DNA from: Bugula neritina
Lineage: Eukaryota > Animalia > Bryozoa
Assembly (NCBI GenBank): GCA_964035545.1
Contig: OZ037769.1
Location: 6,615,929 to 6,679,928, forward strand
DNA: 64,000 nucleotides
Direction of reading: 5' to 3'
How positions within the stretch are numbered: position 1 is the stretch's first letter; every line of letters starts with the position of its first letter. Of the stretch, positions 1 through 14,800 are shown piece by piece. Made by a program: the position numbers and the translations under genes. The notes beneath the pieces were generated by a model that saw nothing but the letters and a program-made list of their open reading frames with translations, was not told where the DNA came from and ran no database searches.

Positions 1-1169
1 GAATCCTTGGCATTGAATGACGCTGAATGTCCACCAGCAGTCATTTATTCTGCTAGTGTTCATAACTCAGATGTTACTACATTGCAGTAATTTCATGAAT
101 CCCTTTGCCAGTATGTTACCAATATATTGCAATACATTTGCCACACAGTCGAAATCGTTTTATCACCAATGCATTTATTCTTGATTGATTGTCTTAGTTT
201 AAACCTTAATATGACCAAGTTTTCTCATTTTCTCAAATCCAGAACTTGTCAACCAAATTGAGTAGATTTGAAATATATGTAGAGAACGCTCAGATCCCCG
301 TGTATACCCGGTTGAAATATGACTATTCCTAAAACAGTACTAAATTCTAGTTGTCGCAAAACAAATACACTTTAATAACTGTATTATTTTTACAGCACAA
401 CTGTTGACAAAAGGCCTAAAGAGAGAACCACTTTTAAAAATTTTCGGCGGATGACTTATTGCATAAAATTTGATGACTGTAATTTCTGTTTTAAAACAGC
501 TATAAAACTCTACATTTTGTGATATTTGCCTGCTTAAATATATTATACTGCATTATTTTTACAAAACTACAATTTATTGTTATTTTGGTTATTTCATATT
601 TTAGTTTAATTAATTTTGAGTTCACCAAATATATAATTTCCAACAGAGTTTATTTGGCTGTTATTATTCATTAAGTTCTGGTACTTCACATCAGCTGCTT
701 AGTTTGAAAGAGACTGTATGTTCAGTTATATTATTATATAAACACATCCAAAATTCTTCAAGCTTTATCTTTGTTGGCATGTAATGCTATACCCATACAA
801 TTGTGTAGCAAATTCAAAATTTTGTAAACTTGCAGAGCATGTTTTCCAAAACTCTGTTTCGTTCTGACAAAAATGACCTTACATGTTAAACAACTGAATG
901 CATGAATAAACAAGTAAAATATTTAAATAATTGTTGGAAGATGTAGACAATAGGAGGTGGGTTGGTTTTATAGGTGATGCAGAACAAAACCACCCAACTA
1001 TACATGTTCAAGTGAAACACAACATGAAACAAAACTTCAAATGACTATACAGAATTTAGATCTTTTATTGAAATATTGAAGATGTAATTTATGCATAAGA
1101 AAAACGTTAAATTTCACAAGTGTAAGCCACGATAAGTTGTGACTTTTTGATAATAATTTGGTACGACAT

Positions 1170-1315
1170 ACACACACACACACACACACCACACACACGC
1201 ACACACACACCACACACGCACGCACACACACACGCACACACACGCACACCACACACGCACACCACACACACTCACCCACACATGCACACACACATACACA
1301 CACCACACACGCACA
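1170..1315. repeat. Degenerate (CA)n microsatellite
   Basis: Visible CA/CACG repeats; explains the VC/HT-rich spurious ORFs at 1037-1395. Confidence 0.95.
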
Positions 1316-2484
1316 TTAAGCATATATACACAAATATTACTCAAAAGGTTAATGACCTAAACTGTAGTTTCATGACATCTTCAATTCGTGTTTAACTCTC
1401 TCAAAATATTGTAAGGTATTTTGGGAGTTATCTTGCTTTATACATACATATGCACACATCCTTATTATATATTTTGGAGTTACCTTTCTTTTATACACAC
1501 ATGTAGGAATTAGTTTTTGACTTACTTTTTTGTTGTGCACACCAATTCAAGGGTTCGTTTTGCTTTTGTGGCATCAATCTGAATTTGGCTGAAATTGGAC
1601 ACTCAAACTTCGGAGGGGGGGGGGGTGCCCGTTTTGTAGGAATTTGGGCGTTCGAATTGCATTCGTTCGAGTGTCTGATTTTGTCCGAATCGAATGCCCA
1701 ATTCTAAATTGGGCATCTGATTGAGATGATCGGATGGCCGACTCCCATTTTTGGACGTTCGAATCTAATTGAATTTAGATAGAATCATTTGGGATTTGCA
1801 CAGCGCCCAACTTCTAGAGTGTAAAAGGGAGAGCTCGCCAGCATAGATTCAGTCTACTGCTTGACCTCAGTGAGAACAAGATTTATATACAGACTTATAT
1901 ACTTTTCTTGGAAGCTTATCAATAAAAACATTTTATATCTGGAATTGTCTTATTTTTGCTCTTAACAAAGAGTTTTGTTCTCTAGTTGAGTTCTTGCAAA
2001 TCCACAAATTATCACAATATTAGTCTAAGGCTCTAAGCCCTAAGGTATGTATAAGTTTGCAGTCAGTTTTAGGTTTTTGGTTCTTATAATATGTTTTGTC
2101 ATTGATCTTTGTAACTTTTAGTAGCTTTTCACATCTTCATAGGCTAAACTTTCAATCAACATTATTAGCCAGTTTGAGACGGCTTTTTACAAATTTTTTA
2201 ATAAATTCACCTTTGAAGAAAATCTCAAGCAAAGACCTTTTCCCAAGTTTTTAGAAAAACACATTGTTATATTTTGAATATTGACTGCCTATTGTTATAT
2301 GCTGCATATTGCACACATAATATATTTTATTGCATTGTGTTATATTTATATAAATAAGCAAAACTCTGTAAAGTACTCTTGTGCGTTTTGCATTATCAAT
2401 AAAAAATAATTTGAAAAAAACTTTGGAGTTGTCTTCTCTTGATTAGACAATTTCTTATATTTTCATTAATTATAATTGAAAAGA

Positions 2485-2725
2485 AAAATACACATTCAGA
2501 TATAACATAATGTACAATAATAATAATTCAATTCTAAAAAATGCATTACATTAAGAAAGGTAATCATTAATAACATAACGCTGACACAAGGTGATTAATC
2601 AATAGACTTGATAAGGAAAATACATAATTAATTATAGTATAATGTACAATATATGTGCATTGAATTCTAAAGAATGCATTGCATTGAGAAAGACAATAAT
2701 TTATGACATAACGCTGACACAACGT
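2485..2725. repeat. Diverged ~130-bp tandem duplication (2 copies)
   Basis: Blocks ataatgtacaata / attctaaa..aatgcatt / acataacgctgacacaa each occur twice in the same order. Confidence 0.7.
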
Positions 2726-3813
2726 ATTCAGAGTTTACACTTAATTGAAAGTCCACAGAGCTTCTCACTGGACAATTATTAACAGAGATTTTTTAGAAAC
2801 TATGGATTTTTTTATCCTAAACGAACCAATTTTCTGCCAATTATTTTGGGCTTCGTTTGTAATGGCTGCAGTGTATTACCGTATAACTACTCATAAGTGA
2901 GTACACCATGTGTATTATCATATTACTAATCTACATGTATGTTATGTTCTACTACTAAATAAAACTAAATGTAAATTTATAACTAGAAAGTGTTATTCTG
3001 TTACAGTTAAGCGTTTTAGAATAGGTCTTCGTGCAATTATCAGGGTAATTTGGAAATTACAGCACCATAATTGTATATCACAAATTTTGTTTACATTTTT
3101 AGTGCATGAAAGAGGGATTAGACAAAGTCTATAATCACAAGGAATAGACATGGGAAAGTTACTGTTAAATTAGCTATATATATGGACGTCTTCAGTACAA
3201 CTTTGTACAACGATCTCTAAAGTATGAAGTAGAAAACACACATATTAGGTGAGTACACTGTGTACTGTCACATTACCACTCTTAGGTCAGTTAGCTGTCT
3301 AGAAAAAGGAACATGCATTATACATGATCTGACATTTTCAAGTTGTGAATATATTGCATGTTTGGGCATATATAAGACTTTGTCAATAAATTAGCGATTT
3401 ATAACTTGCAGAAAAATAATTGCATTATATAATTGATACTTATTTTTTCAGTACACGACATGGAAATCTAAGACAGAATAGAATGGATGACGTCATGAGA
3501 GCTACACTGAAAGTAGCAATGCCTGCAGAAGCTGATGGACTCATATAAAAGACTTAACTACAACTTTATACAGAGGTCCATTAAGTACCATGTAAAAGAT
3601 GAGCTCAATGCTCCAAGTTCAATGGTGCAGGTAGATGATGACACCAAAGTTCAAGGTGACAAAGGAAGTTTCAATCCCACAGTATAAATGAATTAAATGA
3701 ATATTCAGAAGTCCCGTGCGTAAGAAGCATCAGCAATGTTTGTATTAATTCCTATAATCAGAAAAAGTAGAAAAGTTACAAGACATAGTCATAAAATACT
3801 ACAGTATGGAAAC

Positions 3814-4292
<479 letters not shown>

Positions 4293-4884
4293 ATGGCAGT
4301 TTATATCGTATAATATTATACTTTGATTTGATATAACTCAGTTATAAATTTTAGTTTGCATAGTAAGTTGTTTACCAGCTGGCAGCTATGTGCTTAATAT
4401 TACAGCAATATCTTTTTCTGAGTATCGATTTATTGTAAGAGAAATCTCTCTAATTAAATAGTTATTTGAGACAGCTTATTGTTATTTATTTGCATATAAT
4501 ATTAATTTGACTGATAATATTTTAAAATAAAGTTACAAAATCTTTTAATCTCTGATTTATTTTTTTTCAATTTAGTAATAATGTAATTTAAAAAAACATG
4601 CATCACAATTATCTCAAGGGCTGAAAACTCCAACTATACAGGGAACTTAGAAAATCATAAAAATTCATATAAAATGCTTAGCATTACAAAATAATAAATT
4701 ATTGCAATAAATTAGAAAATTTTTCAAAGTTAAATGTTATATGACTTGATCTAAAATTTAACCACAAGTCATCAACAGAGTATCTGCAGGATGAACTATT
4801 CTAAAATATGTAAGCTGCTAGCTTCTCAGATGCTCTATAAATAACTTCAGCTATATTATAAAAAGTGCGAAAAGGCTGGTGGTG

Positions 4885-5021
<137 letters not shown>

Positions 5022-6370
5022 AACTATAGTTGTATAATTGAGATAATCATGCCCACGTGTCACAACTACCGAAAAAAGTTGCACTTAAAATGTTGTTTAT
5101 TATAAGTATCAGTTTGTTGTTTATATCTCTTTCACAATCTTTATAATAATAAAATTTTCTGTACTGAAAAGCTGGCCCATATCGTACCTCGGTATCGGGT
5201 ACAGCCGGCCACCGGGTGGGACACAACAAATATATCAAAACTTTTTCAATTTAGTTGCATCTGATCTTTATTTATTTAATACACAAGTAATATACCCTTT
5301 TCCGAGGTCCCAATATTCTCTTTGCAATTAAGAGTTGTGTTCTCCCAACATAAAAATTGTTGAACAAAATTTTTGCGGTTTTGGTTGCTGATTAATGTTG
5401 AAGTGCCAGCTATTATATAAGTCCCATTAATCATTTGTTTTGCTGGCTGTCATGACCATATAGCATATAGCAATGAAATAAAATGGCTTAAATTGCTATT
5501 TATAGTTTTTGACATTTTATTTTTGTTGTTTTTTGCCTATCCGTGACTTCAACTTAATGTGAACATAATCAGTTGGCCTGAGGCTTTACCTAGAAATCAT
5601 AGCCCAGACAATAAGTAAAACATTTTCATCCTTGCACTAAACTAACTTACTCAAATTCAATACGTTGCAATACGTTGCATATAATATAATAGATTAAATA
5701 TTGCAGCCATATAACTGGTTTAGATCTGAGTAGTAATAGTTGCGAGTAAATACCTCTTTTGGTTATGTATTTAAGTGAGATTTTCATAAAGATTGCTGTT
5801 GATATATATCTGATAATTTTTAAAAAAATCTTTTTGAAAGGATATGAGTTATCTACTTCCCCCCCCCCCCCGCTTAATACTACTAAATACTAATTTACTG
5901 AATATAGTCACATTTTTTTCAAATAGTCACTCTAAATCACTCAAAAGCTTCATTTCATAAACTTAAAGTTATATTGTCTCAAAATTGTTTAAACTCACCT
6001 TTTCCTTTCAGACAAGTTATAGTCATGCAAATATTCGCACAGCAATCTGCATGTGGTGATGAACAGTCGTGGTTCTATTTCTACTCCTTCTTCATAGTTA
6101 TAGAACATAGGTGAAGTATTACTGTTAGAAGCTCCATTTCAACTCTGTTGATCCACAATTATAATTCAAATTCGATTATGCTACGTACGGTTGCTAAGTA
6201 CTTAACATAACATTTCTCTCCAACAATACTTATTAAAATAATTACTAAGCGAGAAACAATATTATTACTACTCTATTATTAAATTAATATAACCAATCAA
6301 ATTGCTACTTTGATAGATGTGTTCATCTTAAAAGTTTGAATTACAATTCAAAATTGATACATTGCGCTAA

Positions 6371-6713
6371 GCCTAGGGCCACACGGCGCGTATTTTCGCA
6401 TGCGAAAATTGAAATCACAAGTAGCAAAGGTGTCCACTGTGCGCGTTGAGAAAACCTTCGCACTTGTCGCTCTGCATTTTCAACGCAGGTGCGAAACGCC
6501 TCTGTCGTCGTCACCTAATTGGCTGGTAGCTATTCAGCGAACCCAATTTCTCTATTTAGTGCTATATTCCAGCAAATTGCGTTTTATTGAAAGCGAGTGC
6601 GATTTAAAAATGAAAGCTTTATTTATCACGCATCACTGACGCTACAGTGGACACCTTTGCTACGCGTGATTTTAATTTTCGCATGCGAAAATACGCACAG
6701 TGTGGCCCTAGGC
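6371..6713. mobile_element. MITE, PIF/Harbinger (Tourist)-like
   Basis: ~70-bp TIRs GCCTAGGGCCACAC..TATTTTCGCATGCGAAAAT..GTAGCAAAGGTGTCCACTGT and the reverse complement; direct TAA on both flanks (6368-6370, 6714-6716); no coding capacity. Confidence 0.85.
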
Positions 6714-8490
6714 TAAACTGTATGCATGACGTAAAGTGGTGAGTATCTTATGACATTATGACATGGAATAGTAAAACATTATTCACATATGTGAAATTGC
6801 ATACAAGTATAGTATAAAATAGTACATGCACTTCTTTTTTATATAAAGTTTCGTTTATACCAACCTAAAACAAAACAATTTGTGTTAGATTTTGTATGCT
6901 GTTTTAAAGAGTAAGTGTTCATGTTGACTTTATTATTTATTGGAAAATAGGTCAGTAGGAGTAAAATCCCAGCAGAGAATATAGGCAGACAACTGACAAA
7001 AACCGGTGATAAAGGCAGCAGCTTTACAGCTTTACAGCTTTACAAGTCAAGCTCTCATCACTAAATTCAGACTGTGATGAGAGCATTTCTTACTTTCAAT
7101 ATTTAGCTTTTTCATACTATAGTTTTTTTAATTAATATTTTGTTTAATTGTTTATATTCTGTTTAATATGCTTGCAACAATTCTGCAATCTTTTCATGAA
7201 TTGATTAGAATATGATTTATATAAAGATTTTACTTAGAAGCTAGTTAGTGGGTGTATAACAAGTCATGATATAAAGAGCTTTCACTCTTACCCATCTTTA
7301 AAAGAACAAATAATATTGCAAACTTCGGGGCGCTTTTGGATTCCCTACGTGTAGGAGTAGCTGTAAGTCCAACTCGATGACCATTCAGTAACCACCACAA
7401 GTAGATCACAAATATTAAGAAAATTACAATAATTTTACACTGAGGTTGCATCAATTTTGTAAGCAAGCTGATTGTAAGCCATAGAATAGGTGGTTTTCCC
7501 TACGACCACCCATGGGGTACTTGCGGCTACCAGTTGCACCTCTCGTTCTAATAAATTTTCCGTGATTACCAGTACAGATCATGCACAGACTCTCGGTTGA
7601 CTGAAATATGAAAAATATGGAAGTTATAGCAAAATAACTCAAGTATATATTTAAGTTTGTGTAGATGGATTGAGTTATGTGAAAGCAATAAACCATTATA
7701 CCATAAAATTAGTTATAAGCCATTATAAGATGCACTATAATATGTATATGTGTGGGTGGTCACAACAACAAGCATAATGCTGCATTGAAATAATAAAAAG
7801 GTGAGAAGCAAATTTCTTTATTAGAAAATATAACAATTGGCCAAAAAATGTAAAATGCCAAGAGTGAGTAAAGAAATTGGACAATCATCTAAAAACAGGA
7901 AATCAAAAGTGTAAGAAACTGCTACCGAAGTAATATTTTTAAAATATATTTGTATACTAAATTAACTCATATAAAAGGTATCCTTAATTATTTATTATTA
8001 ATTGCTATGACATAAAAACCATTCACTATCATGAAACTAAAATACCTGACATCAAACTAGCAGCTTGCATGCAGCTCTATTGGGAAACACTGCCAGTTAA
8101 AACAAGGTGAAGTTAATTGTACCATTGCTAGCCCTTTGTTTTCGGAGAATGGAGATGAAAATGTAGCAGCGATTTATAGTAAACGTAAATCAATAAGATT
8201 CTATCACTCAAAGCTTATGAATATTCAGAGTAATTAAAAACATATTAAAAAACCTGGTCTTTTAAAAGTAGAATAATAGTACTTCTGTAAAACATAATAA
8301 ATTGTTCATAAAAACTGACAGAACTGTAACAGCATTGTATTGTTGATTATGAAACATGACATGTTAATATTATGTCATATTGCATTATTGTGAATAAAAT
8401 AGAATATAAAGATAGTATTATATTATTGTATGTAACATATAGCATAAAAATATTTTATTAATAAATTATTGCGTATCAAATATACTGTAA

Positions 8491-8690
8491 CTCGTACAAG
8501 TTTGTAGTCGCTATCTTTGTGGGAACCTTTAATGGAAAGAGCTTTTTAAGCAGAGGTAAGAATTTTTTTGATGTAGTAAAGGAGCAATTATGATTGGATG
8601 CTTTTCCTAGCATCACAGCTGCTGTTTGGACTCAAATTACTAACCTCGTGTTTACTAGACCAGCACTCTAATTACTACACTGGCTGTTCC
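8491..8690 (-). mobile_element. tRNA-derived SINE, diverged copy
   Basis: Shares the gtgatgctaggaaaagcatcc core and gactacaaactt 3' end with copies at 9337, 10586 and 30652. Confidence 0.65.
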
Positions 8691-8809
8691 ATTAATTGCG
8701 TAAAATAGATAAAAACAATATTATTATGTTATTGCATATAAACTATGTCATATTTCATTTATACATCATCTTACATTATCTTGTTATGTAATTATATTAT
8801 TGTATTATT

Positions 8810-11800
8810 TCAGCAGTTGTATTTGAAGGCAGCAAAGTCATCGTGGTATCTGTGAATGACACGTGTAACCAGGTGGGTGGAGAGTGAGTTATAATATCCA
8901 TCAACATATTCATCTGATGTAGACTGTTGAACTGGAAACTCATAAGGAGCTGATATCTTACTTAATATCGCTCTACAATATTAATAGATAAGTAAAATAA
9001 TATATAAAGTTCACATGACATATCGCAATGAATTATACCCCAACAAAAATTAGCTTGATGATACTTCTACTACAGTTCATTATGTAAATATGTCATAATT
9101 CAACTTTAAAGGGAAATATTTTCATCAGATTTACTTTAAATCTCTAGACAATACAGTAGCAGTGCTATTTCATTTTGATGAAGAACAATAGTTTTATATA
9201 TCTAAAAATAGTTTATATACCAGTACTGCTATAACCACTATGCTTTGAATTAGCATGTCAACTTTCAAAAAGATCTATGCTAGGTCATTATTACATATTA
9301 TTCAGGCTTTTTAAGTATGCCTTTGAAATATATTTTAGTTTATAGTCACCACCCCTGTGAGAAAACCCCTGATGGAAGGAGTTTTTGTTAAACAAGGCTA
9401 AGGATGAGGCCCAGGAGCTATTATGACTGGATGCTCTTCCTAACATCACCAATGGCCCTCATCAAGGTTCGAACCCATGCATGACGTGTGCTTACAAAGC
9501 AAGCGCTCTAACCCCTAGACCACGGCTGCTCCTTTTTTAGTATATCATATAGTAGTACATAATAGGTCAAAGGCATATTTAAAAGTAGTTCTAGGTCTCT
9601 GAGAGTTATTTCCCCTGCTCACGCTTTTAGAACTTATCTTATCTGTAGTTTTTCAGTAGATTTCTATTTGAGCAATTCAAATATATAGATTATACTTCAA
9701 TATAATATAGACTATAGTACATTGAAATATAATCTGTATTTGATTTGTCCAACTAGAAATCTACTGAAGAACAACAGATAAGATAAATCCTAAAATCATG
9801 GATAGGGGAAACAACTCTATTGGCTCTATGAGCTAAGGGGAATGAGTAGACTGTTTAGAACTTTTGGAAGTTAATAGATCAGAGCGAAATTAAATTATAA
9901 ATTGGCATTAGCTAGGTATTTCAGCTTTTTTAACTAGAAGTAATTTTATTTGTGGCATAATTCAATGGATCATTAGTGTATTTTTAATTTATATCAGGCT
10001 TAATATAACTACTTTTATAGAAGTAGTTAAACTTGCTTCTGTTTCTAACACGTTGCACTAAATATTTTAAGAAAGTCACTTACTTAACATCTTCAGTCAT
10101 AGTTTCCACGTGTCCAATATAATCATATTTTATCCTACAAGGGTGACACAACTCCTGATAACTCTGCCAATGTTCATTCACGTGCATGTTCTTTCCTTCT
10201 GGGTCAGTTAAATAGAGCAGAAAATGTGTAAAAGTCAATGGATTTCCAGAATGAGAGTCTATGTTGTTATAAATGAGTATTTTCCTTCTAAACCACTCAA
10301 ATGTTGGGTTATTAGCTTTTTCAAACTTGTTTCTGTAGGCAGACAGCAATCTGTGGAAAATCAAAGCCAAAAGCTGATGGTTATAGTAGTTAGCTAGTCG
10401 GCAAATCTTACCAGTAAGTCAGTGGTGTTTTTTTTGCTGTAAAGCCACTAAATATAAACATGTGTTAATGGATAGATTTAATGTAGCATGATAAGTGAGT
10501 TTTTCAACTGTATTGTCTTTTTTGCCTCCTTTTAGAATTTTATTTTACATTTTTGTGGAACATCAGTATATATTGGCCATTTAGAGAGCAGCCGTGGTCT
10601 AAGGGTTAGAGTGTTTGCCTGGTAAACAGGACAAACGCCATTGGTGATGTTAGGAAGAGCATCCAGTCATAATTGCTCTTGTGCCACATACGAATAAGTC
10701 CTCAGCCTCCTTAAAAACACCCTTCTATCAAGAGTTTTCTCACAGGTGTGGTGACTATAAACTTGCGTGAGTTTATGTCTGCTATTTTTGTTAGTATTTC
10801 AGTCTTACAGGCATTAAAGAGTTGTAAATTAAACGAAATTTATAGTTTTGGTGTAAACTATGAGTATAAATCAAAGTGACCTTCAACAATAAAAAATAAC
10901 ATAATCGACTTATAATGAAGATATGCTCTAACCACAGACCCACGCAGTTCACTATATGCGTATAGTAACATAATAACATAGTAACATAATAAGCTAAACA
11001 TGAGAAGTATCTAAATCTATAGTTTTCAACAACTCCTAATTTGCAATCAGATAAACAAGGTACATGCATTATAAGTAAAATTAAAAACTTTTGACTAACC
11101 TAGTAAGAGGATGACGAACAAACAGAAACTTGAAGTATGTCTTTAAGATGACAGACCTCTCAGCATCAGAGTACTCCGCCAACGTCCTTACATTGTCAGC
11201 AAACAACTTTCCATGTGCATCGCTGCCACGAATTTCACGCAACTTTGTATACTTTGTTCTCCCTTTGGGGATAAAAACACTGTTGCTGCAGCAATAATGT
11301 GACTTTCTTTTAAACCTAACACAAATGTGTGCAGTACTAATTCAAGTGAGTAATTGTGTATACACATTTTGGAAAACAGTTAGATTTAAAGCCAACTGTT
11401 AAAGTTTAAAAATATGATATGGTTTACAAAATTAGGTTTTAAAAATATTAAATTTATGAAAATATGGTTATAATAATGTATATATTTATAAGTAGATATA
11501 TATTAAATACTATATTATTATACATTACCTAACTACATTTTTATTGCATATACCTAAGCTAAAGATGTACAACTCCAACCACTCTTAATTAACAATTATA
11601 ACAATTAGCAAGCTAGCTTGTGTTCTATAATTTTCAATAAAGTTAGCTTCTATAATGATAAATATTTCTAAACTGCACACTCACCACTCATGAGAATCAA
11701 ATATTTTTTCCAATTAGTGCAGCCAGTTTTTGGGATGTGGCAGTACATAACTTTGTACTTGTCATCAACGTACACATCTTTGAAGTTTTCTCTAATACTC

Positions 11801-14800
11801 TGTTTGCTAATTGGAGAGCTGCTAACGTTATTCTGCTCACACCACTGATATAGTGATTTCAGTCGATTTGCTGCAGTCTGTTATAAGATATAAGAAAGAA
11901 ATCGTACCTCTGTAAATTTCTGGAAGTTGGAACTCTAATAATTATAAGCTAGTGAAAATATGTGGTATTATAGAAAGCAAAGTACAAGATGCGTTACAAA
12001 AATAGACAACTGCAACTTTAAGCTCTACAAATTTCTTTTGAAATTAACTTTTTTTCTTAAAATTAATATGTTTTAATGTAATGCATCTTTAAAGATGTAT
12101 TGTAAATTTAAAAAAACTAACAGACAACTTTTAAGTTGTTAGCAATTGATAAATCAGTTTTGGTTTTCTGATTCTGCAGTAGTAGTACCCGAAGCTATTA
12201 GCAAAACAAGTTATTAAGTGACCTATTAAATAAAACTAGAATTTTGTATTTTCAATTTGTTACAAATTAAATGCCAAGTTGTGACTTTTTATAACATTTC
12301 TAACCATAATTACATTACTAAGTAATGGATGTGCTGATACTGTAGTCTTTTGTGTACATGCAAATATAATACTGGGTTTTACAAAAGGTAAAAATTCTAA
12401 CCTATAATTTTACAATTAATAAATGCTATGACGGAGTTGCAAACCTGCAAACCTTTCTTGAACAAATGAATTTATATAATATTTTGATTATATTATAGTC
12501 TAGCCTTTTTAGCCTAGCTGCCCTAGCCTTTTCAGCAGTGCTCAAAATTTGTATATAGAACATATTTGTGACTAAAATATTTCACAAACATTCTTGTTGC
12601 ATATCTACATTCAACTACAAGATATATCGAAAATATGGCCAACCATTTTGCTCATTTAACTTCTGGATTTTACTTAACAGTTCCCAACGCAACTTCACTG
12701 CACCACTAACATCAAATTGATTTATGCAAACAATTTGTGATTTAGTTAAAAATTTAATATTTGGGGACCATATAAACTCTGAGACCTCTAATATATCAAT
12801 TCTCTGCTATAGTATATGAATGTTAAATTACCAATTCACAAGTCTTTGGTAATTGTAGAGGTTTTCCGCTGGAGGATGAATTGAAGTGATCTAAAACAGA
12901 CATAATTTACTTCTACAATGATTATACTTCAAAGCAGAAAGCATTTGAGTTGTATTAATAAATGCAAAAATTATTCTAGCTTAGCTGCTAAGCACATTTG
13001 AAGCACTGAAGTGTACTGGTATGTCAGAATCAGCCTAACTACAACAGCAATTATCGTATGGAAAAGATGGACATGACAGACAATTAATATAAACGGATTT
13101 GTATATTATGTCATCTGCAAACTAAATCAGTACGTTACTAGATTCACTTTGTACTTTTTAAATAGCAAATATTCCCATGATTCCACAGTATAATTTTATA
13201 CTATAAAAAACTGAATCTAGTCTTCAAGAATCTTTAAAGCCCAACTGAATAATAAAAAATTAAGCACCACAAGTAGAAAAAGTGTTCACTGTTACTGTAT
13301 AACTGACTGGTAGCTATTTAGCAAGCCCATCTTTTTTAATTTAGTGCTAAATTTCATCAGTGTGATTGATAAACCCTTTGAATTCTACTAAATTGCGTTT
13401 AAAAATAACAAATTAATTTATCCAGTACATGTAGCCATAGCAACAAGGCGAGCAGTAAAGTTAAACGAAAATATTATTAGTTAGTAGTTTTTCACTTTTA
13501 CTGACTGTGTACAGTAGACACCGTTTTCTACTTGTGGTGTGAATTTTAGTCTGAATGAATATATTTATATTATATTATTGATTTTTATAATCATGTTTGG
13601 TGCTAATTCAACTAAAGTGAATGTTTATCTAGTTACATAATAGTTTGCTAGTTATATAACCCTAAAGGTAGCTAACAGTTGGTAGAGTTTATAGTGTAAC
13701 TTGAGTATACTATAACTTAATTAGTACAGTGAAAAGTCATTCTGGTCTATCAAACAATATTGCTGACTAAATGAAGTTGTTCTAGTAATTACAATATATA
13801 TTCTTATACATTTGGTGAATGATCTATATATACTAGTAATTGAGATTCAAACAATATAGCAATATATGTATAGTATTATAGCAACAATTGTGTCATTGTA
13901 GCCTTTCAATGAGTGCCTTTACTGCTTTTAATTTCATCTGGTATTTCAACATTATGGATTTTAATTAAGTATTCTTACTGCATTATGCTTTTGTTGTCTT
14001 CTCCAGCATATACTGCTTCGGTCAAGTTATTTACAAAGCTATAAATGTCATATTTTAAAATCTATACAAGAATTCTAATATATTAGCACACCCTACATCA
14101 ACCTTGTCATATTAGAGGAGCATAGTTATTATAGTGATTGAGTAGATAACTCTTAAACAGAGTTATTCTATTCAGTAAGATTTTAAATACACAGGCTTGG
14201 TGAACATAAAATGTCATGCAATTTTACTACTTTAGAAGTGTTGCGTTACAAATTATGCACCAACTGTCAAAATACGTCAATGAAATGTCACAATGAAGTG
14301 ATGAACATAAACTTCAAAGGAAACCTTTTTATCACAGAGTAGCTGCAACACCCAAATTCCAGGGAAGTTCATCCAACTTGTTGCTATTATCAAATATATA
14401 AGGACTATAAAATATAATTCTATAGTTGAAGAATTAAGACTAAAATAAGAAATTTAAGTTGGGGGGAATGCTAACATTTGTAAAACGGCTTATACTCCGT
14501 CACTGGGGCTAACTTTAATCAGTAATATAATTAGCTCTAACAGATGCCTAAGGCATGCAACACTATATATTGAGTAGTTTGTTGCATAAACAAGCAATTG
14601 TCGATATATGCGACTATATAATACTAATATAAACCTGATGTATTTACTAATTAAACTTCACATTAACAATATGCAATGCCATTATTATCGATTTATATCT
14701 TATATTAGAGATTTATTTCCTGACTTGAAGTTTGGAGTTGGACAGGTTGATTTTGAAAGCTATGTTAAATACCTGGTATATTTTATTACTGAATATATGC

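Noticed and set aside
1037-1395. ORFs rich in VC/HT (also 4851-5105, 24937-25182, 45017-45415)
   Set aside because: Translations of (CA)/(GT) microsatellites.
1575-1810. TTCGAA-rich region with small hairpins, possibly a hAT-type MITE remnant
   Set aside because: Only one TIR-like end and no TSD could be identified.
9470-9532. tRNA gene (A and B boxes), also at 30652
   Set aside because: No complete cloverleaf; it continues into a shared SINE body.
11878-11934. Possible 30-nt intron plus micro-exon in the CHST gene
   Set aside because: Not needed: exon 12832-12890 joins 11877 in frame.
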